The translations under genes were made by a program, and so were the position numbers. From the NCBI GenBank assembly GCA_964569925.1, contig CAZMWG010000001.1:1-51349 (forward strand): a stretch of DNA of 51,349 nucleotides, read 5' to 3'. Position 1 is the first letter of the stretch. Every line of letters begins with the position of its first letter. This document shows, one piece after another, positions 31,854 through 40,797 of the stretch. Below the pieces are notes generated by a model that saw nothing but the letters and a program-made list of their open reading frames with translations, was not told the DNA's origin and searched no databases. Origin of the DNA: an uncultured Halobacteriales archaeon (GTDB lineage Archaea > Halobacteriota > Halobacteria > Halobacteriales > Haloarculaceae).

Positions 31854-33444
31854 CGGGGAACACCTCCGTCGCCGCCGTCCGGGCCAGCTCCCAGAACGGC
31901 GTCAGGTCCGGGACCACCCCCAGCACGACCGCCCCGGCGGCGGTGAGCACCACCGGCACCACCAGCAGCGGCGAGGCCTCCGCCAGCGGGCCCGGCCGCT
32001 CCCGCGGACCGTCGGCCGGCGTCCTCTCGACCGGGTCCCCGGCGTCGCCCCCGTCGGGAGCGGTCGGCGCGGAGTCGCCCGCGCCGGCCGCCGGATCGCC
32101 GCCGGCCAGGGGCCGGAACCCCGCGGCGGCGTCCTCGCCGACGAACGCGATCAGCAGGATCGGCCAGAGGAAGAGTAGCTTCAGGAGTCCGGCCAGCAGG
32201 AGGACGGCGACGAACAGCGGCGCGCCGGCGTCGAGCGCCCCCAGGACGAGGTGGAACTTGCTGACGAAGCCGGCCACCCCCGGCAGCGCCACGAGCCCGG
32301 CGCTGGTGACGGCGAAGGCTGCCATCGTCGCCGGCAGGCGGCGCGCGGCCCCGCCCAGGCGGGAGACGTACTCGACGCCGGTCTCGGCGTAGATCGTCCC
32401 GGCGGCCAGGAAGAGCGTGATCTTCATGAACGCGTGGGCGACCAGGTGGAGGAAGGCGCCGAAGACGGCCGTCGGGGTGAGCAGCGCCACCCCGAGCACG
32501 ATGTAGGACAGTTGGCTCACCGTCGAGTACGCCAGCCCGCGCTTGAGTTTGTCCTGGCGGAGCGCGAGGACGCCCGCCACGAGCATCGTCGCCGCGGCGG
32601 CGACCGCCAGCGGGTCCGCCAGCCCCAGCGTCCGGACGGCGTCGGCGCCGAACACGAACAGCACGACCCGCGCGAGCCCGAAGACGCCGCTCTTGACCAC
32701 CGCCACGGCGTGCAACAGCCCCGAAACCGGGGCGGGCGCGACCATGGCGGCCGGGAGCCAGGCGTGCAGCGGCACCAGCGCCGCCTTCACCCCGAAACCC
32801 GCGACAAGCAGCGCGAACGCGACGGTCGCCAGCAGCGGGTCGGCGGTCAGCCCCGCCAGCCCGCCCGGGGTGAAGCCGGTCGACCCGGTCGCCGCGTAGA
32901 CGAGGACGATCCCGGCCAGGATCGCCACCCCGCCGGTCAGCGTGTACGCGAGGTAGGTCCGGCCGGCGGCGCGGGCCTCGCCGGTGCCGTAGTGGGTCAC
33001 CAGCGGGTAGGTGGCGACGGTCAGCACCTCGTAGAAGACGAAGAGGGTGAGCAGGTTCGCCGCCAGCGCGACCCCCATCGCCGCGCCGACGCTCGCGGCG
33101 AACGCCGCGAAGTACCGGCCCGCGTCGTCCTCGTCCAGCACCCTGACGTAGCCGGCGCTGTAGACGCTGGCGAGCAGCCACAGCGTCGCGGCCAGCAGGG
33201 CGAACAGGGCCCCGAAGGCGTCGACGCGCAGGGCCAGCGGGACTCCCACGACCAGCGAGCCCAGCGCCGTCTCGGGCGCGGCGCCGGCGAGCGCGGCGTC
33301 GGCGGCCAGCCCGGCGCCCGCCAGGGTGAGCAGGGCCGCCAGCAGCGTCCACCCCTCCCGGAGGCGGGGCCGGTCGGCGCTCGCGAGGATCGGGACGACC
33401 GCCGCGAACGGGACCGCGACGACGGCGACCGGGAGCAGGCTCAC
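31846..33444 (-). CDS. mrpD: Mrp-type antiporter, MrpD/NuoL-M-N-like subunit (second paralogue)
   Basis: Only the C-terminal 532 aa of ORF 31846..34776 look real (VSLLPVAVVAVPF... HAWLPAAMVAPAPVSGLLHAVAVVKSG...HLVAHAFMKITLFL). The GTG at 33442-33444 overlaps the stop of the upstream gene (GTGA). Confidence 0.85.
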   Translation of the reverse strand: MSLLPVAVVAVPFAAVVPILASADRPRLREGWTLLAALLTLAGAGLAADAALAGAAPETALGSLVVGVPLALRVDAFGALFALLAATLWLLASVYSAGYVRVLDEDDAGRYFAAFAASVGAAMGVALAANLLTLFVFYEVLTVATYPLVTHYGTGEARAAGRTYLAYTLTGGVAILAGIVLVYAATGSTGFTPGGLAGLTADPLLATVAFALLVAGFGVKAALVPLHAWLPAAMVAPAPVSGLLHAVAVVKSGVFGLARVVLFVFGADAVRTLGLADPLAVAAAATMLVAGVLALRQDKLKRGLAYSTVSQLSYIVLGVALLTPTAVFGAFLHLVAHAFMKITLFLAAGTIYAETGVEYVSRLGGAARRLPATMAAFAVTSAGLVALPGVAGFVSKFHLVLGALDAGAPLFVAVLLLAGLLKLLFLWPILLIAFVGEDAAAGFRPLAGGDPAAGAGDSAPTAPDGGDAGDPVERTPADGPRERPGPLAEASPLLVVPVVLTAAGAVVLGVVPDLTPFWELARTAATEVFPGG

Positions 33445-34913
33445 GGCGCCACCTCCGCGGCCGGCCGGAGGAACTCGACCAGTTCGGCCGACAGCAGCCC
33501 CAGCGCCAGCCCGACGGCCACCGTCGCGACCGTCGCGGCGACGGCGACCGTCGAGGTGGTCGACCGCTCGCTCCGCGCGGCCGACGCCCGGTCGGGGTCG
33601 TCCCGGCCCTCCAAGTAGAGCCGCTGGATCAGGCGCCCGAAGTATGAAAGCGACAGCAGCGTGCTGAGAAGCACCGCCGCCGCGACGACCGGCGCGCCGG
33701 CCTCCACCGCCGCGAGGACGACGTACCACTTGCCGAAGAACCCCACGAGCGGCGGGATGCCGACCAGCCCGAGCCCCAGCGCCGCCAGCGCCGCGCTGGC
33801 GGCCGGGAACCCGTCCGCGGCGCCGGCGTAGTCGTCGACGGTGCGGGCGCCCGACCCCCGCTCGATCAGGCCGGCGGCGGCGAACGCGCCGGCTTTCAAC
33901 ACCGCGTGACCGACCAGGTGGACGACGCCGGCGACGACCCCCGCCGGGGTGCCCAGCGCGATGCCCCCGAGCGCGATGCCGAACTGCGAGACGCCCGAGT
34001 ACGCGAGCATCCGGCGCACGTCGGGGGTCCACAGCGCCAGGACCGCGCCGGCGACGACGCTGACGACCGCCCCCACCCGCAGGACGGTTCCGACGGTCGG
34101 GACGGCCGCCAGCAGCGCCAGCCCGAACACCGACAGCAACAGTCGCACCAGCGCGTAGGCGGCGACCGTCGACACCAGCGCCGCGAGCACGGCCGCCACG
34201 CCGGGCGGGGCCGCGCCGTAGGCGTCGGGCTTCCAGCCGTGGACCGGGAACAGCGCCATCTTCACCGCCAGGCCGGCGACGATCAGCGAGAGCGCCGCCA
34301 CGGGGAGCCGTCCGTCGAGCCCGACCGCCGCCAGTTCCGTCGCCAGCGCGCCCATGTTGAGCGTCCCGGTGGCGGCGTAGAGGTAGCCCACGCCCAGCAG
34401 GTACAGCGACGCCCCGACGGTCCCCACGAGCAGGTAGTGCAGCGCCGCCGGCGCGGCGTCGCGCCCGTCGCCCAGCGCCACCAGCGCGTAGGCCGACAGC
34501 CCGGCTATCTCCAGGAAGACGTAGAGGTTGAACACGTCCCGGGTGACACAGATGCCGGTGAGCCCCGCGATCAACAGCAGGTGGAGGACGTAGCCGGTCG
34601 CCGACCGGACGCCGGTCCGCCGGAGGTACGCCGTCCCCCACAGCCCGGTCCCGGCGATCAGGGCCACGACCGTCGCCGAGAGCCGGTCGGCCGCCAGTTC
34701 GATCCCCAGCGTCGCCGGGAGGTCGCCGACGACCAGCCCCAGCGGTCCGGTCGTCGCCACCCGCCACGCCACCCACGCCGCCAGGCCGACCTGTCCGAGC
34801 AGGGCCACCCCCGCCACCGGCGCGCCGACCCCCCGGACCCGGCGGGCCAGCAGCGTCACCGCCGCCGCCGCCACGACCGGGAGCGCGACCAGCGCCGCGA
34901 GGACGTCGCTCAC
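33441..34913 (-). CDS. mrpD: Mrp-type antiporter, MrpD/NuoL-M-N-like subunit (first paralogue)
   Basis: 490-aa polytopic protein (HGWKPDAYGAAPPGVAAVLAALVS...HLVGHAVLKAGAF). Its GTG start at 34913 overlaps the mrpC stop. Confidence 0.85.
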   Translation of the reverse strand: MSDVLAALVALPVVAAAAVTLLARRVRGVGAPVAGVALLGQVGLAAWVAWRVATTGPLGLVVGDLPATLGIELAADRLSATVVALIAGTGLWGTAYLRRTGVRSATGYVLHLLLIAGLTGICVTRDVFNLYVFLEIAGLSAYALVALGDGRDAAPAALHYLLVGTVGASLYLLGVGYLYAATGTLNMGALATELAAVGLDGRLPVAALSLIVAGLAVKMALFPVHGWKPDAYGAAPPGVAAVLAALVSTVAAYALVRLLLSVFGLALLAAVPTVGTVLRVGAVVSVVAGAVLALWTPDVRRMLAYSGVSQFGIALGGIALGTPAGVVAGVVHLVGHAVLKAGAFAAAGLIERGSGARTVDDYAGAADGFPAASAALAALGLGLVGIPPLVGFFGKWYVVLAAVEAGAPVVAAAVLLSTLLSLSYFGRLIQRLYLEGRDDPDRASAARSERSTTSTVAVAATVATVAVGLALGLLSAELVEFLRPAAEVAP

Positions 34914-35398
34914 GTCTCGCCCTCCCGAGGGCCGGCGGCCCCGCCGTCGTCGCCGTCCCTGCCGTCGCGATCCGTCCCCCCGTCGGCCGCGGAGGGCACC
35001 CCCTGTCCGTCGCCGTCCTCGGAGGAGTCCGTGGTCCGCCCCGGGTCAGGGGGCGGCGACGCGCCGAACCCGACCGCGCTGGCGTCGACGGTCCCTCGCT
35101 CGGCGTGGATCCGGACGATCAGCGCGGCGGCCAGCCCGGTGACGCTGACCCCGACGACGATGGCGGTGAGCACGAGCACCTGCGGGAGCGGGTTGGCGTA
35201 GGGGCCGCCGCCGTCGACGATCAGCGGCGACCGGCCCCCCTCCCGGACCGCGACGGCGACCAGCACGAGGAAGATGCCGGTCTGGAAGAGGTTGAGCCCG
35301 ACCACTTTCCGCACCAGACTCTCGTCGTCGACTAGGACGAACAGCCCCAGCCCCGACAGGACGACCGCGACGACGTACGGGAGACGCTCGACGATCAC
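34910..35398 (-). CDS. mrpC: Mrp antiporter subunit C (NuoK-like) with acidic C-terminal tail
   Basis: LNLFQTGIFLVLVAV...LPQVLVLTAIVVGVSVTGLAAALIVRI is the MnhC/NuoK pattern. GTG start at 35398. Confidence 0.85.
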   Translation of the reverse strand: MIVERLPYVVAVVLSGLGLFVLVDDESLVRKVVGLNLFQTGIFLVLVAVAVREGGRSPLIVDGGGPYANPLPQVLVLTAIVVGVSVTGLAAALIVRIHAERGTVDASAVGFGASPPPDPGRTTDSSEDGDGQGVPSAADGGTDRDGRDGDDGGAAGPREGET

Positions 35399-35874
35399 CG
35401 CGACCCCTCCGCGAGCGAGAGCAGGAGCACGACGACGGTGCCGGCGACGGTGGCGCCGATGCCCAGTTCCACCAGTTCGATCGCGTAGACCACCGCCTTC
35501 GGCACCGGGAGGACCCCGATCTCGAGGACGCGCCCGCCGAAGGCCAGCGGGGCGAACGCGACGACGGCGAACACGACCACGCCGGCGACGGCGGCGACCG
35601 TGAGCGCGCCGGCGTCGATCCAGCGGCCGGTCTGGTCGACGCCGAAGGAGAAGGCCACCGCCACCAGCGCCGCCGCGACGACCACCCCGCCCTGGAACCC
35701 GCCGCCGACGGAACCGGTCCCGTGGAACATCGTGAACAGGCCGAAGGTGACGGCGAAGGGGACGACCAGGCGCACCGTCGCGGTGACCACGGGCGTCTCG
35801 GGCGAGCGCCGGTCCGTCCGACCGGTGGGCTCCGAGCGGGGCGGTCGGCCCCCGCTGGCCCCGTCGTCGCTCAC
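35395..35874 (-). CDS. mrpB: Mrp antiporter subunit B (MnhB domain)
   Basis: The C-terminal part of ORF 35395..36093 reads FHGTGSVGGGFQGGVVVAAALV...AIELVELGIGATVAG. The GTG at 35872-35874 overlaps the upstream stop. Confidence 0.8.
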   Translation of the reverse strand: MSDDGASGGRPPRSEPTGRTDRRSPETPVVTATVRLVVPFAVTFGLFTMFHGTGSVGGGFQGGVVVAAALVAVAFSFGVDQTGRWIDAGALTVAAVAGVVVFAVVAFAPLAFGGRVLEIGVLPVPKAVVYAIELVELGIGATVAGTVVVLLLSLAEGSR

Positions 35875-36410
35875 GTCACCACCTCCCGGTCGAAGACCAC
35901 CAGCACGGCGATCCCGGCGGCGAAGACGACGACCACCTCGCCGAACGTGTCGAACCCGCGGAAGTAGACCAGCACCGCCGTGACGACGTTCGACACGCCC
36001 AGTCCGGGAGAGTCGGCGAGGTACTCCGGCGCCACGCGGGCGAAGGCGGGGGCGGCGGGGTCGCCGACGGCCGGCAGCGCGGGCACCGTCCACAGCAGCC
36101 CCGCGACGACCCCCGCGGCGACCAACGCCGACCGGGGGTCGACCGACCGGAGTGACCGGACCGTCCGGTCGCGGCCCCCGCTCCCGGTCCGCACGACCAC
36201 GACGAGGAACAGCGCGGTCGTGACGCCGGCGCCGACCGCCGCCTCGGTCAGGGCGACGTCGGGCGCCCGGAACACCCCCCAGAGGATCGCCATCGTGAGG
36301 CTGTAGACGCCGAAGGTCACGAGCGTCGCCGTCGGGTCCGCGAGCGCGACCACGGTCAGCGCCGTCACCACCAGCAGCGCCAGCAGCGCCACCACCAACG
36401 GGTCGGTCAC
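35871..36410 (-). CDS. Mrp antiporter membrane subunit, DUF4040 / MrpA C-terminal-like
   Basis: LTMAILWGVFRAPDVALTEAAVGAGVTTALFLVV and NVVTAVLVYFRGFDTFGEVVVVF match the MrpA C-terminal / MnhB-N pattern. GTG start at 36410. Confidence 0.8.
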   Translation of the reverse strand: MTDPLVVALLALLVVTALTVVALADPTATLVTFGVYSLTMAILWGVFRAPDVALTEAAVGAGVTTALFLVVVVRTGSGGRDRTVRSLRSVDPRSALVAAGVVAGLLWTVPALPAVGDPAAPAFARVAPEYLADSPGLGVSNVVTAVLVYFRGFDTFGEVVVVFAAGIAVLVVFDREVVT

Positions 36411-36817
36411 GACTCGCCCCCCTCGACGGAGCCGGACGACCGTGAGTCCGGGTCGCCCGCGCCGTCGGTCCCGCCGGGCTCGCCGCGGTCGCCAGCGCCG
36501 TCGGTTCCGCTCGACTCCCCGGCGTCGCCCGCGCCGAGGACGGGCTCGTACCCCTCGACGTCGGCCGCCCGGACCACGGCGTGGGTGGCCGTCGGGGTGG
36601 TGACCGAGACGAACGCGAGCAGGGCCAGGAGCTTCACGGCGTCGCCGCCGGCCAGCGCCGCGGCGGCCACCGCCAGAGCGGTCCCGAGCGTGTCGCCCTT
36701 CGAGACGGCGTGCGAGCGGGCGTAGAGGTCGGGCAGGCGCGCCAGCCCGACCGTCGCGAGCCCGAACAGGAGGACCGCGCCGGCCGCGCAGGCGGCCGCC
36801 AGGGTCGCCCGGATCAC
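36407..36817 (-). CDS. mrpG: Mrp antiporter subunit G with acidic C-terminal tail
   Basis: LFGLATVGLARLPDLYARSHAVSKGDTLG...FVSVTTPTATHAVVRAA is the MnhG pattern. The GTG at 36815-36817 overlaps the mrpF stop. Confidence 0.8.
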   Translation of the reverse strand: MIRATLAAACAAGAVLLFGLATVGLARLPDLYARSHAVSKGDTLGTALAVAAAALAGGDAVKLLALLAFVSVTTPTATHAVVRAADVEGYEPVLGAGDAGESSGTDGAGDRGEPGGTDGAGDPDSRSSGSVEGGES

Positions 36818-37089
36818 AGCACCCCTCCGCGCTCGACGGCGTACCGGGCCAGCCCCAGCGACAGCGAGAAGTTCAACAGCGCGTACACGATCGCCACGTC
36901 CAGCAGTCCCGGCTCGTCGAGCCCGACCGACAGCAGGACGAGCACGGTGACCGTCGCGGTGCCGACCCCGTTGACCGCCACGACGCGGTCCGGGAGGGTC
37001 GGGCCGACGACCACACGCCCGAAGCACAGTGCCGCCAGCACCACCACCGCCAGCGCGGCGCCGACCAGGGCGTCGTCGACGCCGATCAC
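36814..37089 (-). CDS. mrpF: Mrp antiporter subunit F
   Basis: The 91-aa C-terminal part of ORF 36814..38103 reads GPTLPDRVVAVNGVGTATVTVLVLL...LDVAIVYALLNFSLSLGLARY, the MnhF pattern. The GTG at 37087-37089 overlaps the mrpE stop. Confidence 0.8.
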   Translation of the reverse strand: MIGVDDALVGAALAVVVLAALCFGRVVVGPTLPDRVVAVNGVGTATVTVLVLLSVGLDEPGLLDVAIVYALLNFSLSLGLARYAVERGGVL

Positions 37090-38000
37090 CGGCCGGCACC
37101 CCCGGTCGCCGCGCCGTCTCGATCCTCCCCGTCCTCGGGCACCTCGCCGCCGTCCGTGGCGGCCGGCGGCGTCGGGTGGCCGGCCGCGGCGGCCTCGCGC
37201 CCGGCGAAGACGTACCGGATCGCGCGGAACAACCGTCCCTCGAGCAGGTCGGCCCTGGAGCCGGCGGTGAGCGTGTGGACCACGAGCGTCGACCCGTCGA
37301 CGTCGACCGCGACCGTCCCCGGGGTCAGGGTGACGGCGTTGGCGACGGCGGCTCGTTCGAGGTCGGAGTCGGCCGCGATCGCCAGTCGCTCGACCGAGGG
37401 GTCGATCGGCAGCCGCGGGTCGACCAGCACGAGCGCGAGCGACAGGTTGGCGGCCACCACCGCCCACGCCACGTAGGGCAGGACGACGACCGCACGGGCG
37501 AGTCGGCGGAGCGTCGTCGCCGTCGGCCGGGCGACGAGGGTCACGCGGCCCAGCAGCGCCGCGACGAGGACCCCCGTCGCGACGCCGGTGACGAGGTCGA
37601 ACGGGGTCGGCTCGCCCAGCAGGAGGTAGAAGCCCGTCGAGAGCAGGAACACCGTGCCGCGGGTCACGAGCCCGGAGGTCCCCAGCAGGCGATCCCGGCT
37701 CCGACGGGCGGGTGCGACGGCGGTCACGGGACGGTCGGGGAGCCGTTCGCGGAGGGCGCGGGCGTCGAACGGGAGGCCGGGACCCAGCACCACCCGGTCG
37801 AGGTTCGCCGCCGCCAGCGCCGCGCTCGCCGTCTCGAGGTCGAACGGCTCCACGACGGTCCCGCCCCCGGTCTCCGTCGCGGGGTCTCCGGCGGGGCCGA
37901 ACACCACGAGGTCCTCGGGGTCGACGCCGGCCCGTCGCCCGACCCGCTCGAGGTCGGCGGCGTCGGCGACGACCGCGCCGACGCGGACGTCCGTCTCCAT
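37086..38000 (-). CDS. mrpE: Mrp antiporter subunit E with ~130-aa N-terminal soluble extension
   Basis: The MnhE-like core reads FYLLLGEPTPFDLVTGVATGVLVA...AWAVVAANLSLALVLVDPRLPIDP...ANAVTLTPGTVAVDVDG..LVVHTL. ATG at 38000. It is the first gene of the operon. Confidence 0.8.
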   Translation of the reverse strand: METDVRVGAVVADAADLERVGRRAGVDPEDLVVFGPAGDPATETGGGTVVEPFDLETASAALAAANLDRVVLGPGLPFDARALRERLPDRPVTAVAPARRSRDRLLGTSGLVTRGTVFLLSTGFYLLLGEPTPFDLVTGVATGVLVAALLGRVTLVARPTATTLRRLARAVVVLPYVAWAVVAANLSLALVLVDPRLPIDPSVERLAIAADSDLERAAVANAVTLTPGTVAVDVDGSTLVVHTLTAGSRADLLEGRLFRAIRYVFAGREAAAAGHPTPPAATDGGEVPEDGEDRDGAATGGAGR

Positions 38001-38166
38001 CGACCGGTACGTCCGGCGGCCGGCGCTTTACTCTTCGGGCGACGCCGGCGCCGGGGGCCGCCGCCCGCGGCGGCGCCGATCGCTCGTGGATCCGGACGGC
38101 CACGTCCCGGCGGACCCCGAACGATACGGCCGTGTTTTATTGTCCGGCCGGGACCCAGGTCCGGGT

Positions 38167-39126
38167 ATGCCGACGGTAGTCGCCAGCGACGACCCGATGA
38201 TCGACGCGGACCGCCTGCGCGAACGCCTCGACGCGACCGTCCGGGTCGTCGACACGGCGGCGGGACCGCTCGCCGAGGTCGTCGGGGACGCCGACGCGCT
38301 CGTGGTGGACGTGAACACGGCGGTCGACGCCGCGGCGCTGTCGGAACTGTCGCTGACGGTCGTCGCCCGGGCCGGGGTCGGCGTGGACAACGTCGACGTG
38401 GCGGCGGCCGCAGAGGCCGGCACCGTGGTCACGAACGTCCCCGACTACTGCCGCGAGGAGGTGGCGACCCACACGCTGGCGCTCCTGCTCGACTGTGCCC
38501 GCAACGTGACGGGCTACGACCGCGACGTCCGCGCGGGTGGGTGGGGCTGGGAGCGGGGGCCCGCGCTGGGGCGGCTCTCCGAGGAGCGACTCGGCCTGAT
38601 CTCGTTCGGACCGATCGCCCGCCGACTGACGGAGGCGGTGTCGGGGATCGGCGTGGAGGTGGTCGCGAACGACCCGTACGTCGACCCGGAGACGATGCGC
38701 GAGCACGGCGTCGAGCCGGTCGACCGCGAGGAGTTGCTGGAGACCGCACGGTACGTGGTGACGCTGGCGCCGCTGACCCCCGAGACCGAGGGGATGATCG
38801 ACGCGGACGCGCTCGACCGGATGCGCGAGGACGCCGTCCTGATCAACACCGGCCGGGGCGGGCTGATCGACGAGGCGGCCCTGGCGGCGGCGCTCCGGGA
38901 GGCGGGTGGCATCGCCGCGGCGGGACTCGACGTGCTGCGCGAGGAACCCCCCGGCGAGGACGCGCCGCTGGTGGGGCCGGACGACTGCGTGGTCACGCCA
39001 CACGCCGCCTGGTACTCCGAGTCGGCGCGGGACGACCTCAACGACGGCGTCGCGGCGAACGTCGCGGCCGCGCTGGCCGGCGAGACCCCGCCCGACCGGA
39101 TCGACCCCGACGCGGACTGGCTGTAG
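38167..39126 (+). CDS. D-isomer-specific 2-hydroxyacid dehydrogenase family protein (CtBP/PGDH-like)
   Basis: RAGVGVDNVDVAAAAEAGTVVTNVPDY, the NAD-binding region LGLISFGPIARRL, and INTGRGGLIDEAAL...DVLREEP...TPHAAW are the family signatures. ATG at 38167. Confidence 0.85.
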   Translation: MPTVVASDDPMIDADRLRERLDATVRVVDTAAGPLAEVVGDADALVVDVNTAVDAAALSELSLTVVARAGVGVDNVDVAAAAEAGTVVTNVPDYCREEVATHTLALLLDCARNVTGYDRDVRAGGWGWERGPALGRLSEERLGLISFGPIARRLTEAVSGIGVEVVANDPYVDPETMREHGVEPVDREELLETARYVVTLAPLTPETEGMIDADALDRMREDAVLINTGRGGLIDEAALAAALREAGGIAAAGLDVLREEPPGEDAPLVGPDDCVVTPHAAWYSESARDDLNDGVAANVAAALAGETPPDRIDPDADWL

Positions 39127-39177
39127 CGCGGTCGCGGAGCGGGGCCGGCGACCCACACGCGACCGCCGATCGACCGC

Positions 39178-40629
39178 CTACCGGTTACGGTAGACGGTCT
39201 TGGTGGTGGTGTAGAACTCCAGCGCGGCGTCGCCCTGCTCGCGGTAGGTGTTGGTCGAGGAGCGCTTCATCCCGCCGAACGGGACGTGTAGCTCCAGCCC
39301 GGTGGTCTTCTCGTTGATCTTGACGACGCCGGACTCGACCTCGTCGACGAACGCCTCGACGCGGTCGTGGTCGTTGCCGACGACGCTGGCCGAGAGGCCG
39401 TACTGGGAGTCGTTGGCGACCTCCAGGGCCTCCTCGAAGGAGCTCACCTCGATCACCGAGAGGACGGGGCCGAAGATCTCCTCCTGTGCGATCCGCATGT
39501 CGGTGGTGACGCCGGAGAAGACGGCCGGCGAGACGAAGTGGCCGTCGGCGTACTCGCCGCCCTCGAGACGCTCGCCGCCGGTCTCGAGGGTAGCTCCCTC
39601 CTCGACGCCGACCTCGACGTAGTCGAGGGTCCCCTCGAGTTCGTCGGCGGTGACCTGTGGCCCCATGTCGACGCCGTCCTCGAGCCCGTGGCCGATCTCG
39701 ATCGACTCCGCGCGGTCGACGATCCCCGCGACGAACTCGTCGTGGACGTCCTCGTGGACGATCGCGCGGGAGTTGGCGGTACAGGCCTGGCCGGTGACGC
39801 CGAACGCGCCGGCGGCGGCGATGTCGACGGCCTCGTCGACGTCGGCGCTGGGGAGGATCACCGAGGGGTTCTTGCCGCCCATCTCGGCCTGGGCGCGCTT
39901 GGTGTCCGCGACGGCCTGCTCGTAGACCAGGTGGCCGACCTCGGAGCTCCCGGTGAACGAGACCACGTCGACGTCCTCGTGACCGGTCAGCGTCGACCCG
40001 ATCTCGCTGCCCGAGCCGTAGACCAGGTTGACAACCCCGTCGGCGATCCCCGCGTCGTCGAGCGCTCGGACGAGCCCGCCGGCGGCGCCGGGCGCGACCT
40101 CGGCGGGCTTGAGCACGACCGTGTTGCCGGCCGCCAGCGCGGGCGCCAGCTTCCAGGCCGGGATCGCGATCGGGTAGTTCCAGGGGGTGATCAGCGACGC
40201 CACGCCCTGGGGCTCCTTGCGGATCTCGATCCGGCCGTCGCCGCCGCTGGAGCTCTTGATCCGACCCCCGAGGTCCATCGCCTTCTCCCCGTAGTAGTAG
40301 AAGATGTCGACCGCGCGACCGACCTCCCCGGCGGCCTCGGCGCGGGTCTTGCCCTCCTCCCGGACGAGCAACTCGGTCAGCTCCTCGCGACGGTCGTCGA
40401 GCAGCTTCGCCGCGTCCCGGAGCACCGACCCGCGGGCGGGCGCCGGCGTCCCCGCCCACTCGTCGGTGGCGTCGGCCGCCGCCGCGACCGCCCGCTCGGC
40501 GTCGCCCTCCGTCGACGCCGGATACTCCCCGACGACCTCGCCCGTGTTCGCCGGGTCGACGACCTCCGTCGTCCCGCCGTCCTCGGCCTCGCCCCACTCG
40601 CCGTCCACGTAGTTGTGGTGGTGCGACAT
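39178..40629 (-). CDS. NAD(P)+ aldehyde dehydrogenase; resembles haloarchaeal alpha-ketoglutarate semialdehyde (2,5-dioxovalerate) dehydrogenase
   Basis: ALDH signatures ITPWNYPIAIPAWKLAPALAAGNTVVLKP, the catalytic region EMGGKNP and GQACTANSR. The C-terminus VKINEKTTGLELHVPFGGMKRSS matches my recollection of the KGSADH-type subgroup. The family call is firm; the substrate call is not. Confidence 0.85.
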   Translation of the reverse strand: MSHHHNYVDGEWGEAEDGGTTEVVDPANTGEVVGEYPASTEGDAERAVAAAADATDEWAGTPAPARGSVLRDAAKLLDDRREELTELLVREEGKTRAEAAGEVGRAVDIFYYYGEKAMDLGGRIKSSSGGDGRIEIRKEPQGVASLITPWNYPIAIPAWKLAPALAAGNTVVLKPAEVAPGAAGGLVRALDDAGIADGVVNLVYGSGSEIGSTLTGHEDVDVVSFTGSSEVGHLVYEQAVADTKRAQAEMGGKNPSVILPSADVDEAVDIAAAGAFGVTGQACTANSRAIVHEDVHDEFVAGIVDRAESIEIGHGLEDGVDMGPQVTADELEGTLDYVEVGVEEGATLETGGERLEGGEYADGHFVSPAVFSGVTTDMRIAQEEIFGPVLSVIEVSSFEEALEVANDSQYGLSASVVGNDHDRVEAFVDEVESGVVKINEKTTGLELHVPFGGMKRSSTNTYREQGDAALEFYTTTKTVYRNR

Positions 40630-40797
40630 GGGCGACTCTGCGACTCCCCGTCACTTACCAGTTCCTATCGGGTGGACGGCCCGTGTCCCCGGCGGGCGAC
40701 GATCCGGCCGGTCCGCGGGGCTCCTCCCGTCGACTCTCGCCCGTCGCGCCGGCGAGCGGCCGTCAGGACCAAGTGGTCTCGGCTCGCCGGGAGCGGT

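Noticed and set aside
31846-34776. 976-aa ORF suggesting one giant Mrp subunit
   Set aside because: The N-terminal ~444 aa are an Arg/Gly-rich off-frame read-through across the real gene 33441..34913. The membrane-protein signal begins at the GTG at 33444, which overlaps the upstream stop. The same logic trims ORFs 36814..38103, 36407..37099 and 35395..36093.
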